Part shown: positions 10,631 to 21,006 of the stretch, in pieces
Layout: every line of letters starts with the position of its first letter
Position numbering within the stretch: the first letter of the stretch is position 1
Assembly: GCA_964655915.1 (NCBI GenBank)
Contig: CAZZNV010000001.1
Location: 102,250 to 166,249 of the forward strand
Length of the DNA stretch: 64,000 bases
Source: an uncultured Azospirillaceae bacterium
GTDB taxonomy: Bacteria; Pseudomonadota; Alphaproteobacteria; RF32; CAG-239
Direction of reading: 5' to 3'
Notes under the pieces: model-generated
What the model saw: the letters and a program-made list of their open reading frames with translations, nothing else
Database searches by the model: none
What the model was told of the DNA's origin: nothing
Translations under genes and position numbers: made by a program

Positions 10631-11758
10631 CTTGGTGTTATCAATATAACCTCGGGTATCTCGTCCGAAAGTTTGGCGAATATATGATGTCAACTCTGAA
10701 GGTGTTTCTTTGAAATGCTCCGCATCAGACTGGGCTTGCAAAAGCTCTTCAATCTTCAGTTTTTCTCCTAACTGATTACGTTTTACCGCGGCATCTTTTG
10801 AACCTCTGACCGCTGCTAAGTTTAGCATGATATGCGCTGTGTAGGGATCTTTACCATATTTTTCACCTCGGGTCAAAATCTCCCCCAAAGACAACATGGC
10901 GCCCACATGCCCCTGAGCGGCAGCCAATTTAAGATTTTTTACGGCATTTCCGTAGTTTTGCGGCAGTCCTAAACCATTTAAATACATCAGCGCCAATATA
11001 TATTGTGCCTCGTCATATTTCGCATTGGCGGCAGCTCTGATATTCTTTGCCGCTTTATCATAATCTAAAGGCTGGAGTTTCCCTCTATATTGGGCATATC
11101 CGACCATAAACTGAGCCGTCGGATTTTTAGCGGCGGCCGCCTGTTTAAACATTTTCATGGCTAATTCGGCGTCTGTTTTAACCCCATTACCGCTAATCAG
11201 AATAAATCCCAAATTTACAGCGGCTTCAGCGTTGCCCTGCACTGCAGATTTTTCAAATAAAACGGCGGCTTTAGCGGTATTTCGCTTTATTCCTATGCCA
11301 TTATAATATAAACTTCCTAAATTATTTAATCCGACAGGGTCATTTTGCATGGCTGCTTTAGCATAATATTCAAAAGCTTTGTCATGATCGGGGGTGACAT
11401 CTTTATTACCATACAAATATAAATAGCCCAAGGCTAATTGCGCATTAACATTTCCTTTGTCGGCCAATCTGATTGCCTGCTCCATTTGGGAAAGAGATTT
11501 TCCATCTTCAGAAACCGGTATATCTTCTTTTTTTATACCAAATTTGAAATTCAAAAAAGAAAACAACCCGCCATCATCTTCTTTTTTATCTTTTTTTATC
11601 GTCTTACTCTCCGGTTTGGCGGCAGCGGTGCCTTCAAACAGAGAAACATAAGCCCCATCATCGGCAGCCCATGCTGGAAAACCTAGAAAAAGAATCATTA
11701 ACACACAAATATTCTTCATACCCAGTCCCATCATTAGATTAAAACGTAGGTATATCAT
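10628..11758 (-). CDS. Secreted Sel1-repeat (TPR-like) protein; probable start at MKNICVLMILFLGFPAWA signal peptide
   Basis: Multiple ~36-aa Sel1 repeats (…LGYLYLYGNKDVTPDHDKAFEYYAKAA…LGSLYYNGIGIKRNTAKAAVLFEKSA…) and an N-terminal signal peptide. Confidence 0.8.
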   Translation of the reverse strand: MIYLRFNLMMGLGMKNICVLMILFLGFPAWAADDGAYVSLFEGTAAAKPESKTIKKDKKEDDGGLFSFLNFKFGIKKEDIPVSEDGKSLSQMEQAIRLADKGNVNAQLALGYLYLYGNKDVTPDHDKAFEYYAKAAMQNDPVGLNNLGSLYYNGIGIKRNTAKAAVLFEKSAVQGNAEAAVNLGFILISGNGVKTDAELAMKMFKQAAAAKNPTAQFMVGYAQYRGKLQPLDYDKAAKNIRAAANAKYDEAQYILALMYLNGLGLPQNYGNAVKNLKLAAAQGHVGAMLSLGEILTRGEKYGKDPYTAHIMLNLAAVRGSKDAAVKRNQLGEKLKIEELLQAQSDAEHFKETPSELTSYIRQTFGRDTRGYIDNTK

Positions 11759-11790
11759 AACAGGCTTTTATTAAATTTTTGACAATATTT

Positions 11791-13398
11791 TTAACGGTCT
11801 TTTTGTTTTTTTACCGCCTGTAAATTCAAATGTTTTTTATCCACATTTGAAAGCATCTCATCTTCTTCCTTTGAGCGCCCCTCAAACAAACTATCATCTG
11901 ACAGCAACTCTTTTCTATCGCCGTAAACCGTGCCCATATATCGCCCCGTAATACAATGCATATAGCGATGCATTGTTTCTCTGACATGCTTAGGACAATT
12001 TTTGAACAATTTTTGCAGATACGGTGAATTATCATATATCTCGTAGACTTTTTTCATATCCTCAGAAATTGTTTTATCTTCAGGATTCCTCTTGAACCGG
12101 AGAAATTCCCTTTTTATGGAGACTGGAATATTCCAGATAGGATCTTCACAAACAAACGCCTGTTTGGGACGAGCAAGAAAATTACGCTCTAAAATCTGCA
12201 AAGCGTCCATATCTAAGCCTTCACTGTTAAGACGTTGATTTCCTGAAATGCGGTTCTGTTCTTCGACTCGGTAAACCTTATCAAAAACCTCATTTTGGTT
12301 ATGTTTTTCGATTCCTGTGCGATAGATTGCCTGAATTAACGTGTTCAGCTTATAGATTTCCATCTGCATTTTGAGTTTTTCTTTTTTATCTTTCTCAGAT
12401 TTGATTTCCCGCTGGAGATCTCGTAACTTCTCATAAAGCGGATGCGTTAATTTATCAACCTCATCCAATGCTGTAATTTTGAGCTGGATTTCTATCTTTA
12501 TCCCATTGGGCAACTCTGCATAGCAGACATAGTTGCGGAAGTTATTCGCCGTAAACTTATGCGCATTGCGAACATTATTTGCACAGAACTTGTCTTTAGT
12601 TTTTTGCGGATCAACCCGTATATCCGGTGATTGTTCGAAAAAGTTTGCCCACATACGAATATTTTGCAACCGCTTAACACTAATGGAGCAACGTGCAATA
12701 TCTCCCAAAGCCTCTGTTGGTGTGACCAGTGCGCTTATGGCATCTCGGCAGGCTTGCGTATCTTCCCCATATTTCTTGATACAGTTCTCCTTTTTTGCTT
12801 CGTAAGCGCTCCAATATTTTTCATACTTAGCCAATGCACGCTTTATGCTTTTCAGCCCCGGCATCGTCAAATAAACAGGATTAAGCGTTTCAGGAATATC
12901 AAAAAAATCCCTGTTCCTGTTACTTCCCAGACTTAAATGCGCTTCATACTCCAAGCGGTCCATAAATTCTAAGATTGCACAGTTATTCGGTGTTATTTGC
13001 CCCAGGCGTGCATCGTCAACCTTAACAGCTCCGCTGGACGGGTCTACGATTTTTATTTTTTGTTTAATGCCTAATTTATTACTGATGGAGAAAAAAACCT
13101 CTTTGTAGGTTTCCATTCCGTCATGATAATAAAAACGCAACAACTCAGCATAATCTTTATCTATTTTCCCTTGGCGCACCGCCTCAAGTGTCATCGTTTC
13201 AAGAGTATAATCCTCTCCCGTTTTCTCATTTAAAACGGCCTCATCAATCATTTCCATGCAGATGGCATCTTTTTCATGCTGTTCGCTGTTAATTTGTTCG
13301 CGAGATTTGGAATAATCAACATCAACTAAAGGAAAAGAAACACCTTTATCAAATTGATCCGCTCTTTGGTTGCTGTTTTCTTTATTTTTATCAGACAT
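11791..13398 (-). CDS. Hypothetical 535-aa cytoplasmic-type charged protein, lineage-specific (candidate effector)
   Basis: Long ORF with no signal peptide or TM. It sits 32 nt upstream of and co-oriented with the Sel1 gene. It carries a weak EIQLKIT…HxxYE motif that loosely recalls a nucleotidyltransferase. Confidence 0.55.
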   Translation of the reverse strand: MSDKNKENSNQRADQFDKGVSFPLVDVDYSKSREQINSEQHEKDAICMEMIDEAVLNEKTGEDYTLETMTLEAVRQGKIDKDYAELLRFYYHDGMETYKEVFFSISNKLGIKQKIKIVDPSSGAVKVDDARLGQITPNNCAILEFMDRLEYEAHLSLGSNRNRDFFDIPETLNPVYLTMPGLKSIKRALAKYEKYWSAYEAKKENCIKKYGEDTQACRDAISALVTPTEALGDIARCSISVKRLQNIRMWANFFEQSPDIRVDPQKTKDKFCANNVRNAHKFTANNFRNYVCYAELPNGIKIEIQLKITALDEVDKLTHPLYEKLRDLQREIKSEKDKKEKLKMQMEIYKLNTLIQAIYRTGIEKHNQNEVFDKVYRVEEQNRISGNQRLNSEGLDMDALQILERNFLARPKQAFVCEDPIWNIPVSIKREFLRFKRNPEDKTISEDMKKVYEIYDNSPYLQKLFKNCPKHVRETMHRYMHCITGRYMGTVYGDRKELLSDDSLFEGRSKEEDEMLSNVDKKHLNLQAVKKQKDR

Positions 13399-13525
13399 TA
13401 TTTTCTCTTTTTTATTTTGTCTATTAACTCAATTGTCTCAGTATAGCAAACAATCACCGGTTTTTCAACAAATAAAACCAATTTCTTTCACTTTTTGTCA
13501 AAAAGAGTCAATTTTTACAGAGAGC

Positions 13526-14035
13526 TTAATCTATCACTTCATTCGGATAGACGCCGTAAATATTTTGGCGAGGAACCCAGCCCTCAATATTTCCAAATTT
13601 TATTTTACAAAAGGCGTTCACTGCCGGACATTTACTGACTTCGCCCACAACCTCGTCTTCCACACGGGCAATAACTTTAGACTTATAATCCGCCTTGTCG
13701 TAAATATTATTCTCCCCCGGTGTTACCACCTTTGCAAAACGCTTGCCGGCCAACATTGACTTATGAACCCAAGATTCAGACCCTTGCCAGTCTTTTATTT
13801 TGCGCCACAATTCAAATTCGGCGATAATCTCCACCGGCGCCGATTTTTGCATATAGACCCAGTCTATGGGATAACGTGCTCCCGGACCGGAACGGGCATT
13901 GATATGATTGGAACGCAGTGAAACAAAACGAGGAAGGGTTAACCCCGTTTCCCCCTCATCTACTGCGGTTTCCTGTGCGAGAGCCAGATTGAGAGAGAAA
14001 AGCATACCTGCAACAAGTCCCAAAAATATCCGCAT
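13526..14035 (-). CDS. Periplasmic bacterial SH3-like domain protein
   Basis: 169 aa with a signal peptide (…NLALAQE) and an SH3b-like core. This is the conserved Rhizobiales small SH3-domain protein. Confidence 0.6.
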   Translation of the reverse strand: MRIFLGLVAGMLFSLNLALAQETAVDEGETGLTLPRFVSLRSNHINARSGPGARYPIDWVYMQKSAPVEIIAEFELWRKIKDWQGSESWVHKSMLAGKRFAKVVTPGENNIYDKADYKSKVIARVEDEVVGEVSKCPAVNAFCKIKFGNIEGWVPRQNIYGVYPNEVID

Positions 14036-14132
14036 TTTTTCACCTTCTTAATTCTTTGTTATTCACTTTGCGCATATTATGACGGCATTGTATGAATAAA
14101 ACGTAAAAAAACAAAATCCGGAGGAAAATTTT

Positions 14133-15251
14133 ATGGATATTTTAAAAACAGCGCAGGACCTTATTCGTTTTAGAACGGAAACGGGAAACAAACAAGAAAT
14201 TAACTCTTGTTTAGCCTATATTAAAAAACTGTTTGACGGCTCTTCCGCAAAAATTGATATTTTTCGCGCCAATGAGGAAACGGCACCGGTTATTTTCCTC
14301 CGCAACACTGATGTTGAAAGTTTTGATGTGTTGGTTTTAGGGCATGTAGACGTTGTGCCGGCCGGAGATGATATGTTTTCCCCTTATGTGAAAGACGGAA
14401 AAATGTTTGGCCGCGGGACCTTAGATATGAAATCTTTCGCTGCTGTCGCCCTGAATTCAATGGAATATGTTTTGGAGAATAAATTACCCTTAAAATTCGG
14501 CGTTATCCTTTCAACCGATGAAGAAAAAGGCAGCAAAGGAACAGAAGCTTTTTTGGCACAACATTCGCAAATCAGCGCTAAAATCGTCCTTGATAACGAT
14601 GTTGGTGGCGATATTTTGAAAATTGTTACCAAATGTAAAAACCCCGTCTTTGTCAAAATCATCTCCAAGGGCTTGGAAGCGCACGGCTCTACTCCTTGGG
14701 AGGGAATCGATGCTAATGAAAACATGCTTCATGTTTTGCAAAATATCCGTCGTTTTTACCCTTATTATGCAAAAAACGGGGTTAACCCCGAGGATAAATG
14801 GATAGACACCGTGCATTTTGCCAAAATTTGCGGCGGCGATGTTTCTAATATCATTAGCAACCACTGCGAAACGCTCTGCGATTTTCGATTGACGGAAACT
14901 TCCAGTGTTGAAAATCTGAAAAACAATCTTGATAAGTGTATGATTGAGGGCGTTTCTTACGAAGTTGTTTCTGACAGTACACCCGTGGTTATGGATGAGA
15001 ACAATCCCTATATTTTGAGTTATAAAAAATTTGCAGAAGATCTTTTGGGACACTCTCTTGAATTTGAGCATATTGGCGGAGCAACAGATTCTCGAGAGTT
15101 TGCCGTTAAGGGCTCCACGGTTATTATGCATTCCGGAACAGGAGAAGGCATGCATGCGGCAGGAGAATATGTGGAAATCGACTCGGTTTTGAAAATAGCC
15201 GATATTCAAATAAAATTCTTAGAGAAGTTATCTTCAGACTTAACTCGGTAA
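14133..15251 (+). CDS. M20-family metallopeptidase/deacylase (ArgE/DapE-like)
   Basis: 372 aa with the GHVDVVPAG…GRGTLDMKS motifs of M20 peptidases. A GGAGGA SD is present. Confidence 0.8.
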   Translation: MDILKTAQDLIRFRTETGNKQEINSCLAYIKKLFDGSSAKIDIFRANEETAPVIFLRNTDVESFDVLVLGHVDVVPAGDDMFSPYVKDGKMFGRGTLDMKSFAAVALNSMEYVLENKLPLKFGVILSTDEEKGSKGTEAFLAQHSQISAKIVLDNDVGGDILKIVTKCKNPVFVKIISKGLEAHGSTPWEGIDANENMLHVLQNIRRFYPYYAKNGVNPEDKWIDTVHFAKICGGDVSNIISNHCETLCDFRLTETSSVENLKNNLDKCMIEGVSYEVVSDSTPVVMDENNPYILSYKKFAEDLLGHSLEFEHIGGATDSREFAVKGSTVIMHSGTGEGMHAAGEYVEIDSVLKIADIQIKFLEKLSSDLTR

Positions 15252-15270
15252 ACCATTTGAAAGGATTGGA

Positions 15271-16155
15271 ATGAAAAAGGTTCTGGCTTTTGACATCGGA
15301 GGCACTAAGATTGCTCATGCTCTTGTTAACGAAGACGGGCAACTATTGGCGGAACCCGTCAAAGAAAAGACGCCTGATACAGTGCAAGAAATTGAAAAAC
15401 TTCTCAAAAAAAACATTCAACAATATGAAGCAGAGATTGATGCGGTGGCGATTGCCACGGCAGGAGGCGTTAATCCGGAAAATTCGAAAATTGTTTCTCC
15501 GGTTTCAAATCTGCCACAAGGGTATGATGCTTTAGATTTTCAAAATCTTTCATCTAAACCTGTTTTTTTGGAAAACGATGCCAACGCCGTTGCTTGGGCC
15601 GAGTACAGAAAAGGAGCCGGAGAAGGTTGCCGACACGTGGTTGTCGTCGCAATAGGTACCGGACTCGGTTTGGGCATTATTGTTGACGGAGTTTTATTGA
15701 AGGGGAAATCAGGTGTCGCCGGAGAGGCTCACTACCCCATCAATCTGGGGCGTAAAAGAAAATGTGGGTGCGGCGCTTATGACTGCTTTGAAATTTACGC
15801 CTCCGGAAAAGCTCTTGCTCTAGATGCGCAAGAGGCTTTTAATGACCCTCAAATGACCAGCTATGAATTGATTAAGCTCTTAGAAAAAGGAAATCCTCTG
15901 GCAACGTCTGTTTTTAACCGCTGGTGCAGTGATATTATCGTCGGCATTCGCGGTCTGGCAACATTGTTTGACCCTGAGATGGTGGTTCTGTTTGGCTCTT
16001 TGGTTGAATTTATTGATACGGAAAAAATGGAAAAAGAAGCAAATAAAGAAATTATCACCAATCCGTTTAAGTTGAAAAGAGCCAAATTCGGCAACAATGC
16101 CGCTCTTATCGGAGCGGCATTGCGGACTTTTGATAAAATGAAAAAGAACAACTAA
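15271..16155 (+). CDS. ROK-family sugar kinase (glucokinase/N-acetylhexosamine kinase-like)
   Basis: 294 aa with the N-terminal FDIGGTK ATP motif and the ROK zinc motif CGCGAYDCFE. Confidence 0.8.
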   Translation: MKKVLAFDIGGTKIAHALVNEDGQLLAEPVKEKTPDTVQEIEKLLKKNIQQYEAEIDAVAIATAGGVNPENSKIVSPVSNLPQGYDALDFQNLSSKPVFLENDANAVAWAEYRKGAGEGCRHVVVVAIGTGLGLGIIVDGVLLKGKSGVAGEAHYPINLGRKRKCGCGAYDCFEIYASGKALALDAQEAFNDPQMTSYELIKLLEKGNPLATSVFNRWCSDIIVGIRGLATLFDPEMVVLFGSLVEFIDTEKMEKEANKEIITNPFKLKRAKFGNNAALIGAALRTFDKMKKNN

Positions 16156-16176
16156 ATAATCTTGGTTGATGTGCGA

Positions 16177-16207
16177 GAAAGCCCCGAATATTGGGGCTTT
16201 CTTTATT
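16177..16207. terminator. Bidirectional rho-independent terminator between the ROK kinase and the Lon-like protease
   Basis: AAAGCCCC-GAATATT-GGGGCTTT followed by CTTTATT. Confidence 0.65.
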
Positions 16208-18644
16208 AACACATACTGCCGTGAGTTTCTTTGGCAAAGTGTGCGTAACGCTTATACAACCTTTCCAGCTCCTTCTGTACGGCATAATTTACCGTTCCTC
16301 TTCTGAAGCGTCCGTTTTTATCCGGTTTTCCAGCTTTAACACCGGTTAAAATCTCTATCCCATCATCAACCGTATCTACGGCCCAGACGTGGAATTGACC
16401 ATTCTCAACCGCCGTTAAGATATCCTCTCGCAGCATTAAGTCTTTTACGTTGGTTCTTGGAATCATAACACCTTGATTTCCGGTTAAACCACGATGATTG
16501 CAAACATCAAAGAAACCTTCTATTTTTTCGTTTACACCACCGATGGGCTGTATTTCCCCAAACTGGTTAACCGAACCGGTTACAGCAATGCTTTGCTTAA
16601 TCGGGATACCCGAAATAGCTGACAGCAGGCAATAATACTCTGTTGATGACGCGCTGTCTCCGTCAACACCGCCGTATGACTGTTCAAAAACTATGGAAGC
16701 ACTTAATGAAAGAGGTGTGTCTTTGGCAAAGCGGTTGGCCAACAGACTTGAAAGGATGAGCACTCCTTTGGTATGAATCGGGCCGCTCATTTCCACTTCT
16801 CGTTCAATATTTACAAACTCTCCGCGACCTATGCGAACTTGGGTTGTAATTCTTGCCGGCTTACCAAAACTCGTGCGTGAGAAATTATAAACGACCAAGC
16901 CATTAATTTGTCCGACACGAGTTCCTTCAACATCCATAAGAATTGTACCCTTATCAATTTGTTCCAGCATCGCTTGCTTAATGCGATCACTGCGATAGAT
17001 TTGAGCTTGAATAGCTTGTTCTATATGGTTTTTGCCGATTTGATTGGCTTTGGACTTACGCGCCCAATAATCTGCCTCACGAAGCAAATCGCCGATAGAT
17101 GCAATATGCGCCGTCAATTTCTCGGAATCTTCAGCCAAACGAGATGAGTATTCGATTACTTTTGCCACCGCCTGCTTATTCAGAGAACGGAGTTTTTTCT
17201 TTTTAGACAAAGAGCCGATAAGCTTGGCATATTCAACCTCATTTTCAGGGGTTCTATCCATCAAAACGCCAAAATCAGCTTCAACTTTGAAGTAATCTGA
17301 AAAATCAGAATCTTTTTCACTCAAAATCTCATACAGTTCTTCATCTCCCGTTAAAATGATTTTTACATTTAAGGGAATCGGTTCAGGATCAAGCGAAATC
17401 GTGGTAAAGGTCGTTTCTTCACTCGGAGCCTCAATCTTAACACATTTGGAAGCCAGAGCGCGTTTTAGTGAATCCCATGCATACGGTTGCATCAGCATTT
17501 TTCGGGCATCTATCAGCAAGAAACCGCCATTTGCTTGATGTAGCGCACCAGCCTTGATTAAGCTGAAATCAGTCAACAAGGCCCCGTATTGTTGAATTCT
17601 TTCCACCTTGCCCACCAAATTGCCTTGTGTCGGATGATCCAGATGAATAATCGGCGCTCCTGAATTTGGCTCGTTTTTAACAATAACATTAACCTTAAAC
17701 TTTGCAAACTTATCCTCTTCAGGTTGTTTCATTCTGGAAAAAAGCTGGCTTAGCGCACCTTCCCCACCTTCATCCCCGACAGGGGGAACATCTTGGTTAG
17801 GAAGAAATTCATCAACGTTATTAATTATATATTTTTGAATGTTTTTCAAAAAATCATTAGAGGCTTTGTGACCCTTGTATTTTTTATGCAGTTCATCAAT
17901 GGGATTTTTAACCGCTATTTTAAGGAATTTTTCGCGCAAGTCATTGATTTCCTTGCGTTGTTTATCTTCCCACTGCGGCAAATCCTGCGCCGTGTTTTCA
18001 ATTTCTTCCTGCATGGCGTTAAGGTCGTCCAGAAGTTGTTTTTTCTCATCTTCAGGAAGCTCATCAAACGCCTCCGGACTCAGAACTTCACCATTTTTTA
18101 CGGGGGCGACAACTAATCCAACCGGCATATGAAGCAAGGAAACGCTCTTCCCTTTTGCTTTCTTTTGCAGAATTTTTATATACTCTTCTTTACGCTGCTT
18201 ATATTTTTCATGAATAATACTGATACCGGCTTTATATTCATCGCTTTCTAAAACAGCCGGAATGGCACCGGATAATGTCTCGGTAAGTTTATCAACATCT
18301 TTAGCAAACTCTGTTGCCGTGCCGGCGGGAAAGCTGATTGCTCGCGGTTTATAGGGTTCTTCAAAATTATATATGTAAGCCCAATCTTCCGGAGTGGGGC
18401 GATTGCAAGCCTCTCGCTGCAAGACTCTCTTTACCAAACTGGTCTTCCCTGTTCCTTCGGGACCAAGGCAAAACAAATTGTAGCCTTTTGACTGGATATT
18501 GATACCGATTTCAACGGCGCTTAAGGCTCTATCCTGCCCTAACTCTGACAAGCGTTCCTCCAACTCCGCCGTGGTTGTGAAATTAAACTTTTTTGGGTCG
18601 CATTTAGTATATAAATCACTTGATTGCAGCTTACTGATTGTCAT
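16206..18644 (-). CDS. Lon-like ATP-dependent protease (AAA+ ATPase with C-terminal Lon S16 protease domain, COG1067 type)
   Basis: 812 aa with Walker A GPEGTGKTS and a C-terminal Lon proteolytic domain (…GGVDGDSASS…GSVNQFGEIQPIGGVNEKIEGFF…) carrying the catalytic Ser and Lys. Confidence 0.85.
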   Translation of the reverse strand: MTISKLQSSDLYTKCDPKKFNFTTTAELEERLSELGQDRALSAVEIGINIQSKGYNLFCLGPEGTGKTSLVKRVLQREACNRPTPEDWAYIYNFEEPYKPRAISFPAGTATEFAKDVDKLTETLSGAIPAVLESDEYKAGISIIHEKYKQRKEEYIKILQKKAKGKSVSLLHMPVGLVVAPVKNGEVLSPEAFDELPEDEKKQLLDDLNAMQEEIENTAQDLPQWEDKQRKEINDLREKFLKIAVKNPIDELHKKYKGHKASNDFLKNIQKYIINNVDEFLPNQDVPPVGDEGGEGALSQLFSRMKQPEEDKFAKFKVNVIVKNEPNSGAPIIHLDHPTQGNLVGKVERIQQYGALLTDFSLIKAGALHQANGGFLLIDARKMLMQPYAWDSLKRALASKCVKIEAPSEETTFTTISLDPEPIPLNVKIILTGDEELYEILSEKDSDFSDYFKVEADFGVLMDRTPENEVEYAKLIGSLSKKKKLRSLNKQAVAKVIEYSSRLAEDSEKLTAHIASIGDLLREADYWARKSKANQIGKNHIEQAIQAQIYRSDRIKQAMLEQIDKGTILMDVEGTRVGQINGLVVYNFSRTSFGKPARITTQVRIGRGEFVNIEREVEMSGPIHTKGVLILSSLLANRFAKDTPLSLSASIVFEQSYGGVDGDSASSTEYYCLLSAISGIPIKQSIAVTGSVNQFGEIQPIGGVNEKIEGFFDVCNHRGLTGNQGVMIPRTNVKDLMLREDILTAVENGQFHVWAVDTVDDGIEILTGVKAGKPDKNGRFRRGTVNYAVQKELERLYKRYAHFAKETHGSMC

Positions 18645-18734
18645 TGTAAAAAACCCCTATACATTATGCTCGTAATAAGATAGGCTGATTATAGATAGTA
18701 AAAAACTAACATTGCGTAAAGAAGCAGAAAAATT

Positions 18735-20156
18735 ATGAATTATTTTTATTTTCTCGCCTGCTTGGGCTTTTTTGCTGCTGGATTATTGGGGTTCTGGCAT
18801 TTTTGGCAGCACCTGAAACAGGATTTTGTACTTAAAATGCTAGGGAAAAAAATTTTAAAACAACAAGCCCTTCAGAAAAAAACAACTTATTTTTCAACGC
18901 TTCTATTAAGAAAAGCCCTTGGTCGAATTAATAATATTTCATCTTTTGACCTTCGGAAAAACCCCTTCCCGAAACACTCTGTTTCCGCCTTGGAATGGGA
19001 GGCTCTTTTTAATCCTGAAAAAGCTCTTAGCAGCCTAAAAAAACTCAATAAAAAAAATGATGACGCAACTGTTTTAACTATTGCTCTGGAAATGCTTTCG
19101 GGGAAAGAAAACGAGGCAAAAAAACTTTTCGTTTCTTTGAAAAAGAATCGTTTTTCCACTTATCATAAAGCTCAAACGCTCGTATGGGAAGCGATATTTT
19201 GCCTAAGAGAAGGAGACTTGCTTACCGCTTCACAAAATTGCGGAATCGCCCTGCGGTTGTTCGGGAAAGAGAACGCTTATCACGAAATAGCGGAAACTTA
19301 TCTGCTTATGGGCAATATTTATCGAGTTTCCGCGGGGTACGATGTTGCGCAATTGATGTTTGAAAATGCGAAAAAAATATTTTCAAATTTGGGTTCTCTT
19401 CACGGGAAAGCGGCTGTTCTCGGTTATCTGGGAATGTTAACTGCCGCCCAAAACAGGGAAGAAGAGGCTCGGGCTTATTTTTCTGAAGCAAAAGATATTT
19501 TTAACTCGCTCGGTCGCAAATTGGAATCCGCAGAAATTGGTAATCAGTATGCTATTATGCTTATCGGTAGCGGCAAGTATAAAGAAGCCCTTTCATTTAT
19601 TAGAAAAAACAGATTTAAGGGAAAAGGGTTTCGCTATAATTTATTTTCCGGATTAAATTTGGAGCTGGAAAGTCAAGTTCTGGCGTTGCAAAAAAAATGG
19701 ACAGCTTCATTATCTGCTGCACAAAAAGCAGCCACATTTTATGCTAAAACAAAAAATTTTTCCGGCTATGCGGAGACTCTTTTTTTGCAAGCGCAAGCTT
19801 TTTACAAAAAATGTGAGCTTGATAAAGCTGAAAAGGCCTGCCGAACACTTATCGACTTTTACAACAAAAAAACTTGTTACTTCTATATTGCCAATGTTTA
19901 CAGCCTGTTAGCACTGATTTACGTTCAGAAAAAAGATTTTGCCAGGGCTAAAGCTTTGTTGTTGCAATCAGCCAATCAGGAAATGAGACTCAACCGATTT
20001 AGCGGTGCAGCTATTGACTATGCTAATATCTCTTGGCTGGAAAGCTGCTGTAATCATTCTTCAGAAGCCGCGCAGAACAAAGAAAAAGCTCTTGAATTTG
20101 CGCAAGAAGCCGGTGAAACAGAACTTTATGATTTATTGAAAAACAACTTATCTTAG
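18735..20156 (+). CDS. TPR-repeat protein with N-terminal TM anchor, hypothetical
   Basis: 473 aa with a hydrophobic N-terminus and repeated TPR-like helical hairpins. Divergent from the Lon-like gene. Confidence 0.5.
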   Translation: MNYFYFLACLGFFAAGLLGFWHFWQHLKQDFVLKMLGKKILKQQALQKKTTYFSTLLLRKALGRINNISSFDLRKNPFPKHSVSALEWEALFNPEKALSSLKKLNKKNDDATVLTIALEMLSGKENEAKKLFVSLKKNRFSTYHKAQTLVWEAIFCLREGDLLTASQNCGIALRLFGKENAYHEIAETYLLMGNIYRVSAGYDVAQLMFENAKKIFSNLGSLHGKAAVLGYLGMLTAAQNREEEARAYFSEAKDIFNSLGRKLESAEIGNQYAIMLIGSGKYKEALSFIRKNRFKGKGFRYNLFSGLNLELESQVLALQKKWTASLSAAQKAATFYAKTKNFSGYAETLFLQAQAFYKKCELDKAEKACRTLIDFYNKKTCYFYIANVYSLLALIYVQKKDFARAKALLLQSANQEMRLNRFSGAAIDYANISWLESCCNHSSEAAQNKEKALEFAQEAGETELYDLLKNNLS

Positions 20157-20938
20157 TAGAAACTGAGATCTACATCAATTTGCAGATACGGGCGAGTATC
20201 ACCTGTTCGGACATCTATATTTTCAACCATGGTGTTTGAAAACGCCAAAACATAAAACGACGGCAAGGCAAAGGGATTAAAACGCCGTTCGTCATCCATA
20301 AGCATTATCTTATTTTTTACTCGTAAATTTGTTTGTTGTAAAAAACGATTAAAACTCCGTGACCACGGGGTTTCTCCAAAGTCACCCACAACAATCACCG
20401 GATTGTCCTGCATGGTGATAAAAGTCTTTAATTGACGAAAAGCTTTGCGACGCTCCTTCTCGCCTAACCCTGCAAAGTTAACATCAATAGCCGTGAAGAT
20501 GTGTTTGTTTTTATCAAACGTAACAAAATTAGCCTGAACAGTGGGCAACAGGTTCAGATGCCCCGAACGCAGAACTGTTTGCCCTTTTGCTTTTATGACC
20601 AATGGGGTTGTTTTTTGATATTCCAGTCGAAAATGTTCAGATGTTTTAATCTGAGGGGAAAAAAATATATCGGCCTGAGCTGATAGGATAAAAAAAGCTA
20701 TAATCCCATATACCGATAAAAACAAAGCACAAAGTACACGCCCTAAAAGCAAAGCGAAAACAAAGGCAATGATATTGATTACATAAGCCTGAAAGAGGTA
20801 TTGCCGAATCTCCGACAAAAAAGGAATATCTTCAGACTGAAAAAACAGGAAAAATGTATAAAATCCTAAAACAATCGTTATAAGACTTAAAAATATTTTT
20901 TCCCGCTCACGACGTTTTCTTTGACTGAAGTAACCCAT
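20153..20938 (-). CDS. Endonuclease/exonuclease/phosphatase (EEP)-family membrane protein
   Basis: 261 aa with N-terminal TM helices and an EEP-type C-terminal region (…VIVVGDFGETPWS…). Confidence 0.55.
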   Translation of the reverse strand: MGYFSQRKRREREKIFLSLITIVLGFYTFFLFFQSEDIPFLSEIRQYLFQAYVINIIAFVFALLLGRVLCALFLSVYGIIAFFILSAQADIFFSPQIKTSEHFRLEYQKTTPLVIKAKGQTVLRSGHLNLLPTVQANFVTFDKNKHIFTAIDVNFAGLGEKERRKAFRQLKTFITMQDNPVIVVGDFGETPWSRSFNRFLQQTNLRVKNKIMLMDDERRFNPFALPSFYVLAFSNTMVENIDVRTGDTRPYLQIDVDLSFY

Positions 20939-21006
20939 TTTTAATCTATTTTGAATATTGTTTTTGCGTGTTGTCTAGTGTATCATTCGATTAGCGACAT
21001 CTTAGT

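Noticed and set aside
14511-15209. 232-aa minus-strand ORF
   Set aside because: It is fully embedded antisense in the M20 peptidase gene, which has clear catalytic motifs. It has no RBS or recognisable fold.
16206-18644. Lon-like protease as BREX BrxL or another defence-island component
   Set aside because: No PglX/BrxX methyltransferase, BrxA/B/C or PglZ genes in the neighbourhood. The neighbours are housekeeping genes (ROK kinase, TPR protein).
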